From a virus: a stretch of 64,000 nucleotides of DNA. Under the pieces are notes generated by a model. The model saw only the letters and a program-made list of their open reading frames with translations, searched no databases and had not been told where the DNA came from. Below, piece after piece: positions 18,049 through 27,991 of the stretch. Where the stretch lies: the IMG/VR virus record IMGVR_UViG_3300034095_000847. One strand, written 5' to 3'. Within the stretch, counting starts at the first letter, position 1; each line of letters begins with the position of its first letter. A program made the position numbers and the translations under genes.

Positions 18049-19968
18049 ATGGCATATGCACTATCGCCAGGAGTTACAATAGTAGAAAAAGATTTTACTA
18101 ATATTGTGCCCGCAGTTTCATCATCTACTGGAGCATTTGCAGGTAAGTTCCAGTGGGGTCCAATCGAATACCCAGTACAATTATCATCAGAAGTTGAATT
18201 AGTAAAACAATTTGGCAAACCTAATGATAGTACCTTTGAATCTTTTTTTACTGCTGCAAACTTTTTGTCTTATACAAGTAGTTTGTATGTATCTAGAATC
18301 GATTCTGTACTTGCTAAAAATTCAGTTAGTGCTGGTGGTACTGCTGTTAAAATTAAAAATATAGATGCTTATGATGCTTTAACTACTTCAACATATAACT
18401 GCTTATGGGCAGCTAAATATGCCGGTATTTTAGGTAATTCATTAAAAGTATCAATTGCTGATTATAATACATTTAAAAATTTAGCTTTAACTAGTGTTAC
18501 ATCTTCAAGCATTGTTCCTGTAGGTGGAACTACTGTTGTTGGTGTAAGTACTCTTTTTACTACACAAGTACATGTAGGCGCTATTCTTAAAACAGATGCT
18601 GGTTTAATCATTGGTACCGTTAAATCTATTGAATCTAATACATCCTTAACTTTAGATGATCCTGGATCTTTAATTTCTGTTCCTGCTGGTTCTGCATTAA
18701 AAGTAGATTGGGCATATGCGGATCAATTTGATTTTGCACCTGGAACTTCTAATTATGTTGCTAATTCTAATGCTACTAATGATGAATTACATGTTATTGT
18801 TATAGATGAAGATGGTGTATTTTCAGGAATAAAAGGTACAATTTTAGAAAAATTTGCTTTTGTTTCTAAAGTATCAGATGCTAAAAAATATGATGGTACA
18901 ATAAACTATTATAAAGAAGTGATTAATACACGTTCACAATATATTTGGTGGATGAAACATACTACAAATATTAATAGTGGTGGAACTTGGGGTACTCCAG
19001 TTGTTGCAGGTACTGAGTATTCTCCTTTAAAAGGCGCTATGAATGATTCATTTGCTGATGGTGTTGATGACTTTGATGATACAGAGGGCGATTTTGCAGT
19101 AACCTCTTGGGAATTATATTTAAATGATAGTCAATATGATATTAGTTTAATTCCAGTAGGTAAAGCTTCTTCAGTTACTGCTAATTATGTAATTCAAAGT
19201 ATCGCTGAAGTTCGTAAAGATTGTGTGGTTTTTGTATCTCCTCAAGATGTATCAAGTGGTGATGTTATTATAGGCAGTGGTTCAGCCGCAACTGATAAAA
19301 TTAATGCTTACAGAAATGTTATGACATCTTCTTCTTATGGCATTATGGATTCAGGTTATAAGTATCAATATGATCGTTATAATGACACATACCGTTGGGT
19401 ACCACTAAATGGTGATATTGCGGGTATGACTGCTCGTACTGATTATACCAATGATGCTTGGTGGTCTCCAGCAGGTTATAATCGTGGTCAAGTTAAAAAT
19501 GTTGTAAAACTTGCAGTTAGCCCAAGCAAAACAGATAGAGATACATTATACAAAAATGGTGTTAATCCAGTAGTTACATTCCCTGGACAAGGTACTGTAT
19601 TATTTGGTGATAAAACTATGCTTGCAAAACCATCTGCATTTGATCGTATCAATGTTCGTAGATTGTTTATTGTTCTTGAGAAAGCAATTTCTACTGCATC
19701 TAAATATCAATTGTTTGAATTTAATGATGCATTTACAAGAGCACAATTCAAAAATATCGTAGAACCTTTCTTAAGAGATGTTAAAGGTCGTCGTGGTGTT
19801 ATTGATTTTAGAGTTATATGTGATGAAACTAATAATACTGGTGAAGTAATTGATCGTAATGAATTTGTAGGCGATATCTATATCAAACCTGCACGTTCAA
19901 TTAACTATATTACTTTAAACTTCATAGCAGTAAGAAGTGGTATTAGTTTTTCTGAAGTTGGTGGTTAA
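18049..19968 (+). CDS. gp18: tail sheath protein gp18
   Basis: LSPGVTIVEKD, WWSPAGYNRG, FDRINVRRLF, YIKPARSINYITLNF. Confidence 0.96.
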   Translation: MAYALSPGVTIVEKDFTNIVPAVSSSTGAFAGKFQWGPIEYPVQLSSEVELVKQFGKPNDSTFESFFTAANFLSYTSSLYVSRIDSVLAKNSVSAGGTAVKIKNIDAYDALTTSTYNCLWAAKYAGILGNSLKVSIADYNTFKNLALTSVTSSSIVPVGGTTVVGVSTLFTTQVHVGAILKTDAGLIIGTVKSIESNTSLTLDDPGSLISVPAGSALKVDWAYADQFDFAPGTSNYVANSNATNDELHVIVIDEDGVFSGIKGTILEKFAFVSKVSDAKKYDGTINYYKEVINTRSQYIWWMKHTTNINSGGTWGTPVVAGTEYSPLKGAMNDSFADGVDDFDDTEGDFAVTSWELYLNDSQYDISLIPVGKASSVTANYVIQSIAEVRKDCVVFVSPQDVSSGDVIIGSGSAATDKINAYRNVMTSSSYGIMDSGYKYQYDRYNDTYRWVPLNGDIAGMTARTDYTNDAWWSPAGYNRGQVKNVVKLAVSPSKTDRDTLYKNGVNPVVTFPGQGTVLFGDKTMLAKPSAFDRINVRRLFIVLEKAISTASKYQLFEFNDAFTRAQFKNIVEPFLRDVKGRRGVIDFRVICDETNNTGEVIDRNEFVGDIYIKPARSINYITLNFIAVRSGISFSEVGG

Positions 19969-19975
19969 TTAATAT

Positions 19976-19999
19976 TTGGGAGTTGAAATACACTCCCAA
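19976..19999 (+). terminator. stem-loop after gp18
   Basis: TTGGGAGT...ACTCCCAA inverted repeat. Confidence 0.6.
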
Positions 20000-20007
20000 T
20001 ATTTAAC

Positions 20008-20015
20008 TATAAATA
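20008..20015 (+). promoter_or_regulatory. T4-type late promoter
   Basis: TATAAATA upstream of gp19. Confidence 0.8.
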
Positions 20016-20044
20016 ATATAAAGTCATATACCTAAGGAATAAAA

Positions 20045-20647
20045 ATGGCAAATATATCAGATTTTAAATCTCAGTTGATTGGAGGCGGAGCAAGAGCCAA
20101 TCAATTTAGAGCATATTTAAATTTTCCATCTTATGTGTCAGCCGGCGCATTTGAAGGATCAAGAGCACAATTCTTATGTAAAGCAGCTCAACTTCCTGGT
20201 TCTACTATAGCTAATGTAGAAGTACCATATAGAGGTCGAGTTGTTAATATTGCAGGAGAACGTAATTTCCAACCTTGGACTGTAACACTTATTAATGATA
20301 CAACTTTTGGTTTACGTAATGCATTTGAATCTTGGCAAGCAGGCATTCAAAGATATGCAGCCACTGAAGGTAAAACAAATCCTGCCGATTATCAAGTAGA
20401 TTTAGAAGTTCATCAATTAGATCGTAATGGTGCTACTTTAAAAGTATATAAATTTGCAGATGCATATCCAACAACTATTGGGGCTATTCAATTAGACTTT
20501 GATGTAATAAACCAACTTGAAACTTTTGATGTAGAATTTACTTATAACTACTTTACATCAAATACTGGTACAGATACAGACGGTTCTTCTTTTGGTACTA
20601 ACATATCAATTGATACACCAGTAGGTACAATTCCATTTAGTTTCTAA
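20045..20647 (+). CDS. gp19: tail tube protein gp19
   Basis: GGARANQF...AAQLPGS...AGERNFQPWTVT. Confidence 0.95.
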   Translation: MANISDFKSQLIGGGARANQFRAYLNFPSYVSAGAFEGSRAQFLCKAAQLPGSTIANVEVPYRGRVVNIAGERNFQPWTVTLINDTTFGLRNAFESWQAGIQRYAATEGKTNPADYQVDLEVHQLDRNGATLKVYKFADAYPTTIGAIQLDFDVINQLETFDVEFTYNYFTSNTGTDTDGSSFGTNISIDTPVGTIPFSF

Positions 20648-20677
20648 TCATTTTTCATTATAATTTTGAGATAAAAT

Positions 20678-22165
20678 ATGCAAATTTTTGGTATCGAGTT
20701 GGGTAAGAAGAAATCCGTCAAGGAAAATCCGCTTAGTGTAGTTCCACCAAGTTCGGAAGACGGTAGTACTGTAATAACAACAGCATCAGGTGCTGCGAAT
20801 TATTATGGTCTTGTTCTTGATATGGATTCTATTGTCAAGAATGAAAATGATCTTATCCGTCGATACCGAGAAGTTGCACAATATTCTGATTGTGATTCAG
20901 CTATAACAGATATTGTTAATGAATCAATTATAACTGAAGATGATAAATCTATTGAACTTAATCTGGATAATTTAAAAGTTTCAGATGGCATTAAGAAAAA
21001 AATCACCGATGAATTCGAAGAAGTATTAAAACTATTTGATTTCGAAGAATTCGGTCCAGACATTTTCCGTCAATGGTACATAGATGGTAGAGTATATTAT
21101 CAAGTATTGATTGATCCTGCTAATATCAAAAAAGGTATTACAGAATTACGTAAGATTGATCCAAGAAAAATAAGAAAGATCAAGAACGTAATGAAACAAC
21201 GTAATGAAAAAGGCATTGATGTTGTTAAATCTATAGATGAATTTTACATCTATAATGATAAAGGAATTAGTGAGCAAACATCACAAGGTGTTAAACTATC
21301 TCTTGATTCAGTTATCTATTGCCCTTCTGGTTTAATTGATCCTAATTCAGGAATGACATTAGGCCATTTACATAAGGCAGTAAAACCAACCAACCAGTTA
21401 AAAATGATTGAAGATGCGGTAGTAATTTATCGTATATCAAGAGCACCTGAAAGACGTATATTCTATATTGATGTTGGTAACTTACCTAAGTTAAAAGCAG
21501 AACAGTATGTAAATGATATTATGAATAAGTTTCGTAATAAAATTGTTTATGATGCTACTACTGGTGAAACAAGAGATGATCGTAAACATTTGTCTATGAT
21601 GGAAGATTTCTGGATGCCAAGGAGAGAAGGCGGTAAGGGTACAGAAATAACTACTCTGCCGGGCGGACAAACTCTAGGTCAAATAGAAGATGTACAATAT
21701 TTTCAAAGTAAATTATATCAAGCTTTAAATGTTCCATTAGGAAGATTGCAACCTTCAACAGGATTTAGTATTGGCCGTTCTACAGAAATTACTAGAGAAG
21801 AAGTAAAGTTCAATAAATTTGTAACAAGATTACGTAAAAAGTTTGCTAATTTACTTGTAGATGCATTGAGAATACAATTAATTTCTAAAGGTATCATTCG
21901 AGACGATGAATGGTATGATATTAAACAAAGTATTCAGTTTGATTTCCAAAAAGATAATTACTTTTCAGAATTAAAAGAAAGTGAAGTTCTTAATCAACGC
22001 ATTGTAACCTTACAACAAATTGATTTATATGTAGGTAAATATTATAGTATTGAATGGATTCAAAAGAATGTATTAATGCAATCTGAAGAAGATATAAAAG
22101 AAATAGCTGCTCAAAATAAAGAAAATCCTCCACCTGTTCCAGAAGATGCACAAAGTGCACAATAA
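20678..22165 (+). CDS. gp20: portal protein gp20
   Basis: IYRISRAPERRIFYIDVGNLP; EDFWMPRREGGKGTEITTLPGG. Confidence 0.97.
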   Translation: MQIFGIELGKKKSVKENPLSVVPPSSEDGSTVITTASGAANYYGLVLDMDSIVKNENDLIRRYREVAQYSDCDSAITDIVNESIITEDDKSIELNLDNLKVSDGIKKKITDEFEEVLKLFDFEEFGPDIFRQWYIDGRVYYQVLIDPANIKKGITELRKIDPRKIRKIKNVMKQRNEKGIDVVKSIDEFYIYNDKGISEQTSQGVKLSLDSVIYCPSGLIDPNSGMTLGHLHKAVKPTNQLKMIEDAVVIYRISRAPERRIFYIDVGNLPKLKAEQYVNDIMNKFRNKIVYDATTGETRDDRKHLSMMEDFWMPRREGGKGTEITTLPGGQTLGQIEDVQYFQSKLYQALNVPLGRLQPSTGFSIGRSTEITREEVKFNKFVTRLRKKFANLLVDALRIQLISKGIIRDDEWYDIKQSIQFDFQKDNYFSELKESEVLNQRIVTLQQIDLYVGKYYSIEWIQKNVLMQSEEDIKEIAAQNKENPPPVPEDAQSAQ

Positions 22166-22180
22166 TTAAGGATACCAAAA

Positions 22181-23362
22181 ATGATTAAAGAATCTATTAA
22201 AGATTTAATTAACGCAATTGCTGAAGGCGATTCAATTGCTATTGAAGATAGTTTTAACTATGTGATGGCTAGTAAAATATCTGACCATTTAGATAATATG
22301 AGGGTATCTGTTGCACAAGGTATGTTTGGTTCAGTTGTAGAAGAAGGTTATGATTCACGTGATGCATATGACTTGCATGATCCAAAGCATCCTGATTTTG
22401 TTAAAAACCATACAAAATGGAAAAAAGCTAATCCAGAAGGAAAGCTTGGTGACTTCATAGCTCATATGAAAACTAAAAGATTCAATGTTACAGAAAGTGC
22501 TGGTGCATATGAAACGTGGGATCCTAAGCATCCTAAATTCAAAGAAAAATTAATAAAGCATCATGCTCAAGGTGGAACTACTAAAAGTTTTATCGAAAAA
22601 GAAAAAGCAAAAGCATGGAAACAATTAACTAGAGAATCAGTTGAAGAATTCACTCTTGAAGATTATTCAGTTGAAGAACTTGAAGACTTTATGATGTCTG
22701 AAGACTTTGAACAACTGGACGAAGTATCTAAGAAAACTCTAGGCTCTTATGTAAATAAAGCCCATGACCAATTGATGAAACATACTGCAGCCGTTAATTT
22801 CAAATCAGGTCGTGGGGATAAAGATGTATTATCATATACACACGAACCAACAACAGCAAGAAAAACTGCAAACCGAACTAAAGGTGTTACTACAGCAATT
22901 AGCAAATTAACCAAAGAAGAAGTTGAAGAGTTAGATGAATTATCAAAAGCAACTTTAGGCTCTTATGTTAAGAAAGCTACTACAAGTGCTATTATTAGTG
23001 GTGAAGCTCTAGGTAAAGGCGAGAAATGGTCAAAATCTGGCCAAATTGCTTCTAAGCGTGAAAAAGGTATTGGTAAAGCAGTCGACAAAATGACTAAAGA
23101 AGAATTCACTCTTGAAGATTATTCAGTTGAAGAACTTGAAGACTTTATGATGTCTGAAGACTTTGAACAACTTGATGAATTATCAAAAGCAACTCTAAGT
23201 TCTTATGTTAATAAAGCAAGTGCTAATGCTAGCCAGAACGCATTTAATTCCGGTGGTGCATACGCTCAACTAAGATCAAAACAAGGAAACAAGGACATGA
23301 CTAAGACAATTAAACGTCTTAAAAATGTTGGCAAAGCAGTCGGCAAATTGACTAAAGACTAA
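22181..23362 (+). CDS. gp67-like prohead core protein extended by repeated modules
   Basis: Position after the portal; N-terminal DLINAIAEGD...F...MASKI...L...R..VA resembles gp67; internal repeats. Confidence 0.65.
   Translation: MIKESIKDLINAIAEGDSIAIEDSFNYVMASKISDHLDNMRVSVAQGMFGSVVEEGYDSRDAYDLHDPKHPDFVKNHTKWKKANPEGKLGDFIAHMKTKRFNVTESAGAYETWDPKHPKFKEKLIKHHAQGGTTKSFIEKEKAKAWKQLTRESVEEFTLEDYSVEELEDFMMSEDFEQLDEVSKKTLGSYVNKAHDQLMKHTAAVNFKSGRGDKDVLSYTHEPTTARKTANRTKGVTTAISKLTKEEVEELDELSKATLGSYVKKATTSAIISGEALGKGEKWSKSGQIASKREKGIGKAVDKMTKEEFTLEDYSVEELEDFMMSEDFEQLDELSKATLSSYVNKASANASQNAFNSGGAYAQLRSKQGNKDMTKTIKRLKNVGKAVGKLTKD
22643..23172 (+). repeat. 74-bp exact direct repeat (22643-22716 and 23099-23172)
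   Basis: Encodes EEFTLEDYSVEELEDFMMSEDFEQL twice. Confidence 0.9.
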
Positions 23363-23919
23363 TGTATTATTCACAGTTTTCTAAAAAGTTAAAAGAAACG
23401 GTATCAGGTATGGGTATACAGGAGTGCACCCATTACTTTGGTAATACTATTCAGATAACTAATGATAATACTATACTAATTAATAATGAAGTAACTCAGT
23501 TTAGAAATTTGTCGGAAGCAAAAAATCATATTAAATATTCAGAACAAGCAAAAGATATTATCAATAATTTATATGAAGAATTCTTTTCTGAAAATATATT
23601 AAAAATTGCAGACGTAATTAAAGAAGAACACAATATTAAAGTCACAAATAAAATAGTCGAACAATATATTAAAATAGCTTCCGACAAATCCTTTTCAATT
23701 GATCCAGTTGTTTCTAATATTCGTGAAATGAATGAATTTGATTCTATTATTAATGGTAAAATACATTACATTCTAGAAGATGAATCAGTTATTGCAATAG
23801 ATATTCAAACCCAACAAGATATAAATAACTTACTAGAAAATAAAGTAGAGGTTGTCGAGTTCATGAAAGAAAGTTCGGATAACTTCCTAAAAATACTCGA
23901 TGTAATCATTAAGGAATAA
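23362..23919 (+). CDS. putative prohead core protein (gp68 position)
   Basis: Synteny between the gp67-like gene and gp21. Confidence 0.5.
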   Translation: MYYSQFSKKLKETVSGMGIQECTHYFGNTIQITNDNTILINNEVTQFRNLSEAKNHIKYSEQAKDIINNLYEEFFSENILKIADVIKEEHNIKVTNKIVEQYIKIASDKSFSIDPVVSNIREMNEFDSIINGKIHYILEDESVIAIDIQTQQDINNLLENKVEVVEFMKESSDNFLKILDVIIKE

Positions 23920-23921
23920 AG

Positions 23922-24596
23922 ATGGCAGCATTAACAAAAACCATTATTAAAGCATCAGAAACTGAGGCAATTATTAAAATTGCAGGTTCAGATACTGCTG
24001 CATCTATAATAAATTTAACTACAGATTTGTTACCTTATGCCAATATTATTGTTGGCGCAGGAACTGTAACAATAGGCACAGGTGCTACATCAATTGTTGG
24101 TGTAGGAACAAGTTTTGATACTAATGTTCATGTCAATGCTAAAGTATATACTAGTGCAGGTGTTTATGTAGGTCTTATCACCTCAGTTACTAATGCAACT
24201 AATGCTGTATTATCTGCAAATGGTGCTGCAGTTATAGCAGGTACTACTTATAAAATTCAATATGCTGCACAAGTTATAATAGGTACTCCATCTGTTTCTA
24301 TTACTGCGCTTCAATGGGCAGGTGAACCAGGAGCTATATATAAAGTAGATAGAAATGGTGTTCGCATTGTTACTCCTCTTGCAGATAATGGTAACCTTAT
24401 TGATATGATGGGTACATATTTCCCACCTGATAATGTTAATGCAACATATTCTATCAGTGTTACTATTGTAGATAAACTTGCTGCTGCAGTCCAAGGCGAA
24501 ATTTGGATTAAAGTTAGAAAGAATTCAGGTTATTATGGTAAAATAGAGACCACTCAGTTTGGTGCTCTTGATAACGAATTAGTATACGGAAGTTAA
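23922..24596 (+). CDS. hypothetical head-region protein
   Basis: AAGGA RBS; TATAAATA at 23820-23827 upstream. Confidence 0.6.
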   Translation: MAALTKTIIKASETEAIIKIAGSDTAASIINLTTDLLPYANIIVGAGTVTIGTGATSIVGVGTSFDTNVHVNAKVYTSAGVYVGLITSVTNATNAVLSANGAAVIAGTTYKIQYAAQVIIGTPSVSITALQWAGEPGAIYKVDRNGVRIVTPLADNGNLIDMMGTYFPPDNVNATYSISVTIVDKLAAAVQGEIWIKVRKNSGYYGKIETTQFGALDNELVYGS

Positions 24597-24597
24597 T

Positions 24598-25248
24598 ATG
24601 AAACTAATTAGGGAAGTTAACGAAACATTAAATATGGTTGTAGAGGAAAAACTCGGTAAAGGTAAACAACTTTATGTAGAGGGTGTATTTCTTCAATCAA
24701 ATATTAAGAATCGTAATGGAAGAATGTATCCAGAATCAATTATGGATAATGAAGTTCAACGATATATTAAAGAAAAAGTAGAAAAGAATTCTGCCTTTGG
24801 TGAATTAGGACATCCTGAATCACCTTCAATTAATCTTGATAGAATTTCACATCTAATTACTAACTTAAGAAAAGAAGGTAATAATTGGATAGGAAAGGCT
24901 AAAATTCTTGATACTCCTATGGGTAGAATTGCTGAAGGTATTCTTAAAGGTGGCGGAAGAATTGGTACGTCAAGTCGTGCTTTAGGTTCATTAAAAATGA
25001 ACAATGAAGGTATTAATGTAGTACAAAATGATTTTATGTTAAGTACTGCCGGCGATTTAGTAAGTGATCCATCTGCACCTGATGCCTGGGTTCAAGGAAT
25101 CATGGAAGGTGCATCTTGGGTTTATGTTGATGGAAAGTTTGAGAAACATGTTGATGAAGCTAGAAAAACAATAACAAAAGCAACGTCAATGAATTTAGAA
25201 GAGCAAAAAATACTTGCCTTTCAACACTTTTTACGTAGCATTAAGTAA
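24598..25248 (+). CDS. gp21: prohead protease gp21
   Basis: KNRNGRMYP, GELGHP, GTSSRALGS, DLVSDPSAPDA. Confidence 0.96.
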   Translation: MKLIREVNETLNMVVEEKLGKGKQLYVEGVFLQSNIKNRNGRMYPESIMDNEVQRYIKEKVEKNSAFGELGHPESPSINLDRISHLITNLRKEGNNWIGKAKILDTPMGRIAEGILKGGGRIGTSSRALGSLKMNNEGINVVQNDFMLSTAGDLVSDPSAPDAWVQGIMEGASWVYVDGKFEKHVDEARKTITKATSMNLEEQKILAFQHFLRSIK

Positions 25249-25260
25249 AAGTTTAATTTT

Positions 25261-25268
25261 TATAAATA
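25261..25268 (+). promoter_or_regulatory. T4-type late promoter
   Basis: TATAAATA upstream of gp22. Confidence 0.8.
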
Positions 25269-25297
25269 ATAAGATATATCAAAATTAGGAGATATAA

Positions 25298-26395
25298 ATG
25301 TCTATTGATAGCAAAATCGCTGAGATTATGGAAGAATCCAAATTGGCAGGATTAGTTTTAGAAAACGAAGAAATTGTTGAAGAAGAATTAGATGAAGATT
25401 TCATCACTGAAGAAGAATATGATTCTTTAGATGAAGAAGAACAAGCATTGTTTGAATTATCTGCTGACATAAAACAAAGAGCTTATGTTAAACGATATAA
25501 TAAAAGTGATGATGAATCAGATAATGACAAAGCACAAAAAACTTTATCACATATTAAAAAAAGAGAAGGACAGAAAGCAGCATTTAAAGCAGCTATGGAT
25601 GCTGATGCACCGCCAGATGAACATAGAAAACAAATGAAAAGAGATTTTCTTTCAAAAGAATCAATTGACGTTTCTACCGATGTAGATGCATTAATGTTTG
25701 GTGAATCTTTATCTGAAGAGTTTAGAGAAAAAGCAGCGACTATTTTCGAGTCTGCTGTAGTTGTACGTGTTAAAGAAGAAGTTGCACGTTTAGAAGAAGA
25801 ATTTGAAGAAAAACTTGCTGAGCAAGTAGATTCAATTACTGAGGGTCTGGTTGAAAAAATTGATGGTTACCTCGACTATGTTGTTGAGCAGTGGATAGAA
25901 CAGAATGAAATAGCCCTTGAAAATGGACTTAAGTCTGATATCATGGAATCCTTTATTACTGGTATGAAAGGTCTTTTTGAAGAACATTATATTGATGTTC
26001 CTGAAGAAAAGTACGACGTTATCGGTGAAATGGAAACTAGGATTGATGTACTAGAGTCTAAGTTAAACGAACAAGTTGAAAGAAATATTGATTTGAAAAA
26101 ATCACTTTCTGAATCAACTCGTAAAGAAATCGTAAATATGGTTAGCGAAGGTTTGACTGATACAGAAACTGAAAAATTTGTAGCATTAGTAGAAGAATTA
26201 TCTTATGATGCTGAAGATACATTTAAAGTAAAAGTACAAACAATTCGTGAAAACTATTTCACAGGCAAACAAAGCGCTTTGGTAGAATCTTTTGTTACTG
26301 ATTCTCCAGTAGAAGAAATCAAAGAAAACAAATATGTAAACGTTGATCCTACTGTTGCTGCGTATGCTAAAGCATTACAACAATATAACCAATAA
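25298..26395 (+). CDS. gp22: prohead scaffold protein gp22
   Basis: LSEEFREKAATIFESAV...YLDYVVEQW...LFEEHYIDVPEEK. Confidence 0.92.
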   Translation: MSIDSKIAEIMEESKLAGLVLENEEIVEEELDEDFITEEEYDSLDEEEQALFELSADIKQRAYVKRYNKSDDESDNDKAQKTLSHIKKREGQKAAFKAAMDADAPPDEHRKQMKRDFLSKESIDVSTDVDALMFGESLSEEFREKAATIFESAVVVRVKEEVARLEEEFEEKLAEQVDSITEGLVEKIDGYLDYVVEQWIEQNEIALENGLKSDIMESFITGMKGLFEEHYIDVPEEKYDVIGEMETRIDVLESKLNEQVERNIDLKKSLSESTRKEIVNMVSEGLTDTETEKFVALVEELSYDAEDTFKVKVQTIRENYFTGKQSALVESFVTDSPVEEIKENKYVNVDPTVAAYAKALQQYNQ

Positions 26396-26421
26396 TTTTA
26401 ATAAAAATAAGGAAACTTAAG

Positions 26422-27825
26422 ATGGAATTAAATCGTTCTGCCCTTTTAGAAAAATGGGCTCCTGTAATTGACGCTGATGGCGCTCCTGCTATTAAAGACT
26501 TTACTCGTCGTGGTGACTTAGCTGTTATCCTAGAAAACCAACAACGTGAAATGAATGCTGCTAGTCAAGCTAACGGTATGCTTTTCGAAGCTGGTACAGG
26601 CGGTGTTTCTACTAACATTGGTGGTGGTGGCAACTATGGTGTCAATACTACTGGTACTGGTACATACAATGCTGGCGCTGCTGGTACTGGTGGTGTAGCT
26701 GGTTTTGATCCTGTGTTGATTAACTTAGTACGTCGTGCTATGCCTCAGTTGATTGCATATGATGTTGCTGGTGTTCAACCAATGACTCAACCAACTGGTT
26801 TGATTTTTGCAATGAAATCTCGTTACACTAGTCCAAGTGGAACAGAAGCATTGTTTAACGAAGCAAACACTAGCTTTACTGGTACTTCAGGCGCTACTGG
26901 TACTGATCCTACCGGCGCTACTGGTTTATCAACTGGTTCATACCAAACTGGTTTAGGTTTGTCTACTGCTAATGCTGAAATTTTAGGTTCTACTTCAGGT
27001 GAAGCATTTCCTGAAATGGCATTCTCAATTGAAAAAACTTCAGTTGTTGCTAAAACTCGTGCATTGAAAGCTGAATACTCTATCGAATTAGCACAAGACT
27101 TGAAATCAGTTCATGGTCTTGACGCTGAAGGCGAATTAAGCAAAATTCTTTCTACTGAAATTCTTGCTGAAATTAACCGTGAAGTTATTCGTACTATCTA
27201 CACTGTTGCTAAACAAGGTGCTGCTGTTGGTACTGCTACTGCTGGTATTTTTGATCTTGACGTTGACTCTAATGGTCGTTGGTCAGTTGAAAAATTCAAA
27301 GGTTTGTTGTTCCAAATCGAAAGAGAAGCTAACGCTATCGCTCAACAAACACGTCGTGGACGTGGTAACTTCATCATCTGTTCTTCAGATGTTGCTTCTG
27401 CTTTAGCAATGGCTGGTGTATTAGATTATGCTCCTGCTCTTTCTACTGGTTTGAATGTTGATGAAGCATCTACTACTTTTGCTGGTATCTTAAACGGCAA
27501 ATATAAAGTTTATGTTGATCCTTACACTGGTGGTAACAACCCATCTGCTGCTGGTCTACAATTCTTTACTGTAGGTTATAAAGGTACTTCTGCGTTTGAC
27601 GCTGGTTTGTTCTATTGCCCATATGTTCCATTGCAAATGGTTCGTGCGGTTGATCCACAAACTTTCCAACCTAAAATTGGCTTCAAAACTCGTTACGGTA
27701 TGGTTGCTAACCCAATGGTTGATATTGATGACGCTTCAATGTCTGCTACTTCAAATGCTGACAACTCAATGACAGCTCGTAAAAATTATTATTATCGGAT
27801 CGTGAAAGTTACAAATTTAATGTAA
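26422..27825 (+). CDS. gp23: major capsid protein gp23
   Basis: LVRRAMPQLIAYDVAGVQPM, RALKAEYSIELAQDLK, YCPYVPLQ, GFKTRYG. Confidence 0.98.
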   Translation: MELNRSALLEKWAPVIDADGAPAIKDFTRRGDLAVILENQQREMNAASQANGMLFEAGTGGVSTNIGGGGNYGVNTTGTGTYNAGAAGTGGVAGFDPVLINLVRRAMPQLIAYDVAGVQPMTQPTGLIFAMKSRYTSPSGTEALFNEANTSFTGTSGATGTDPTGATGLSTGSYQTGLGLSTANAEILGSTSGEAFPEMAFSIEKTSVVAKTRALKAEYSIELAQDLKSVHGLDAEGELSKILSTEILAEINREVIRTIYTVAKQGAAVGTATAGIFDLDVDSNGRWSVEKFKGLLFQIEREANAIAQQTRRGRGNFIICSSDVASALAMAGVLDYAPALSTGLNVDEASTTFAGILNGKYKVYVDPYTGGNNPSAAGLQFFTVGYKGTSAFDAGLFYCPYVPLQMVRAVDPQTFQPKIGFKTRYGMVANPMVDIDDASMSATSNADNSMTARKNYYYRIVKVTNLM

Positions 27826-27856
27826 TAAAATCAATTACTTAGGTAATTTTAAAATT

Positions 27857-27883
27857 AGAAGGGTCTTTTGACCCTTCTTTTTT
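27857..27883 (+). terminator. rho-independent terminator after gp23
   Basis: AGAAGGGTC-TTTT-GACCCTTCT plus T tract. Confidence 0.85.
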
Positions 27884-27916
27884 ATTTTGATAGATTAATG
27901 GCTTTAATAAATCATT

Positions 27917-27991
27917 AATAAATAAGTTGTAGATCACGGATCCCTCAATCCTATCTACTCTAAACATTCTAACAACTATTAAGGAACAGTT
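27917..27991 (+). promoter_or_regulatory. late promoter (AATAAATA) plus structured leader of endonuclease gene, copy 1
   Basis: Homologous to 29848-29923, with compensatory stem changes. Confidence 0.75.
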
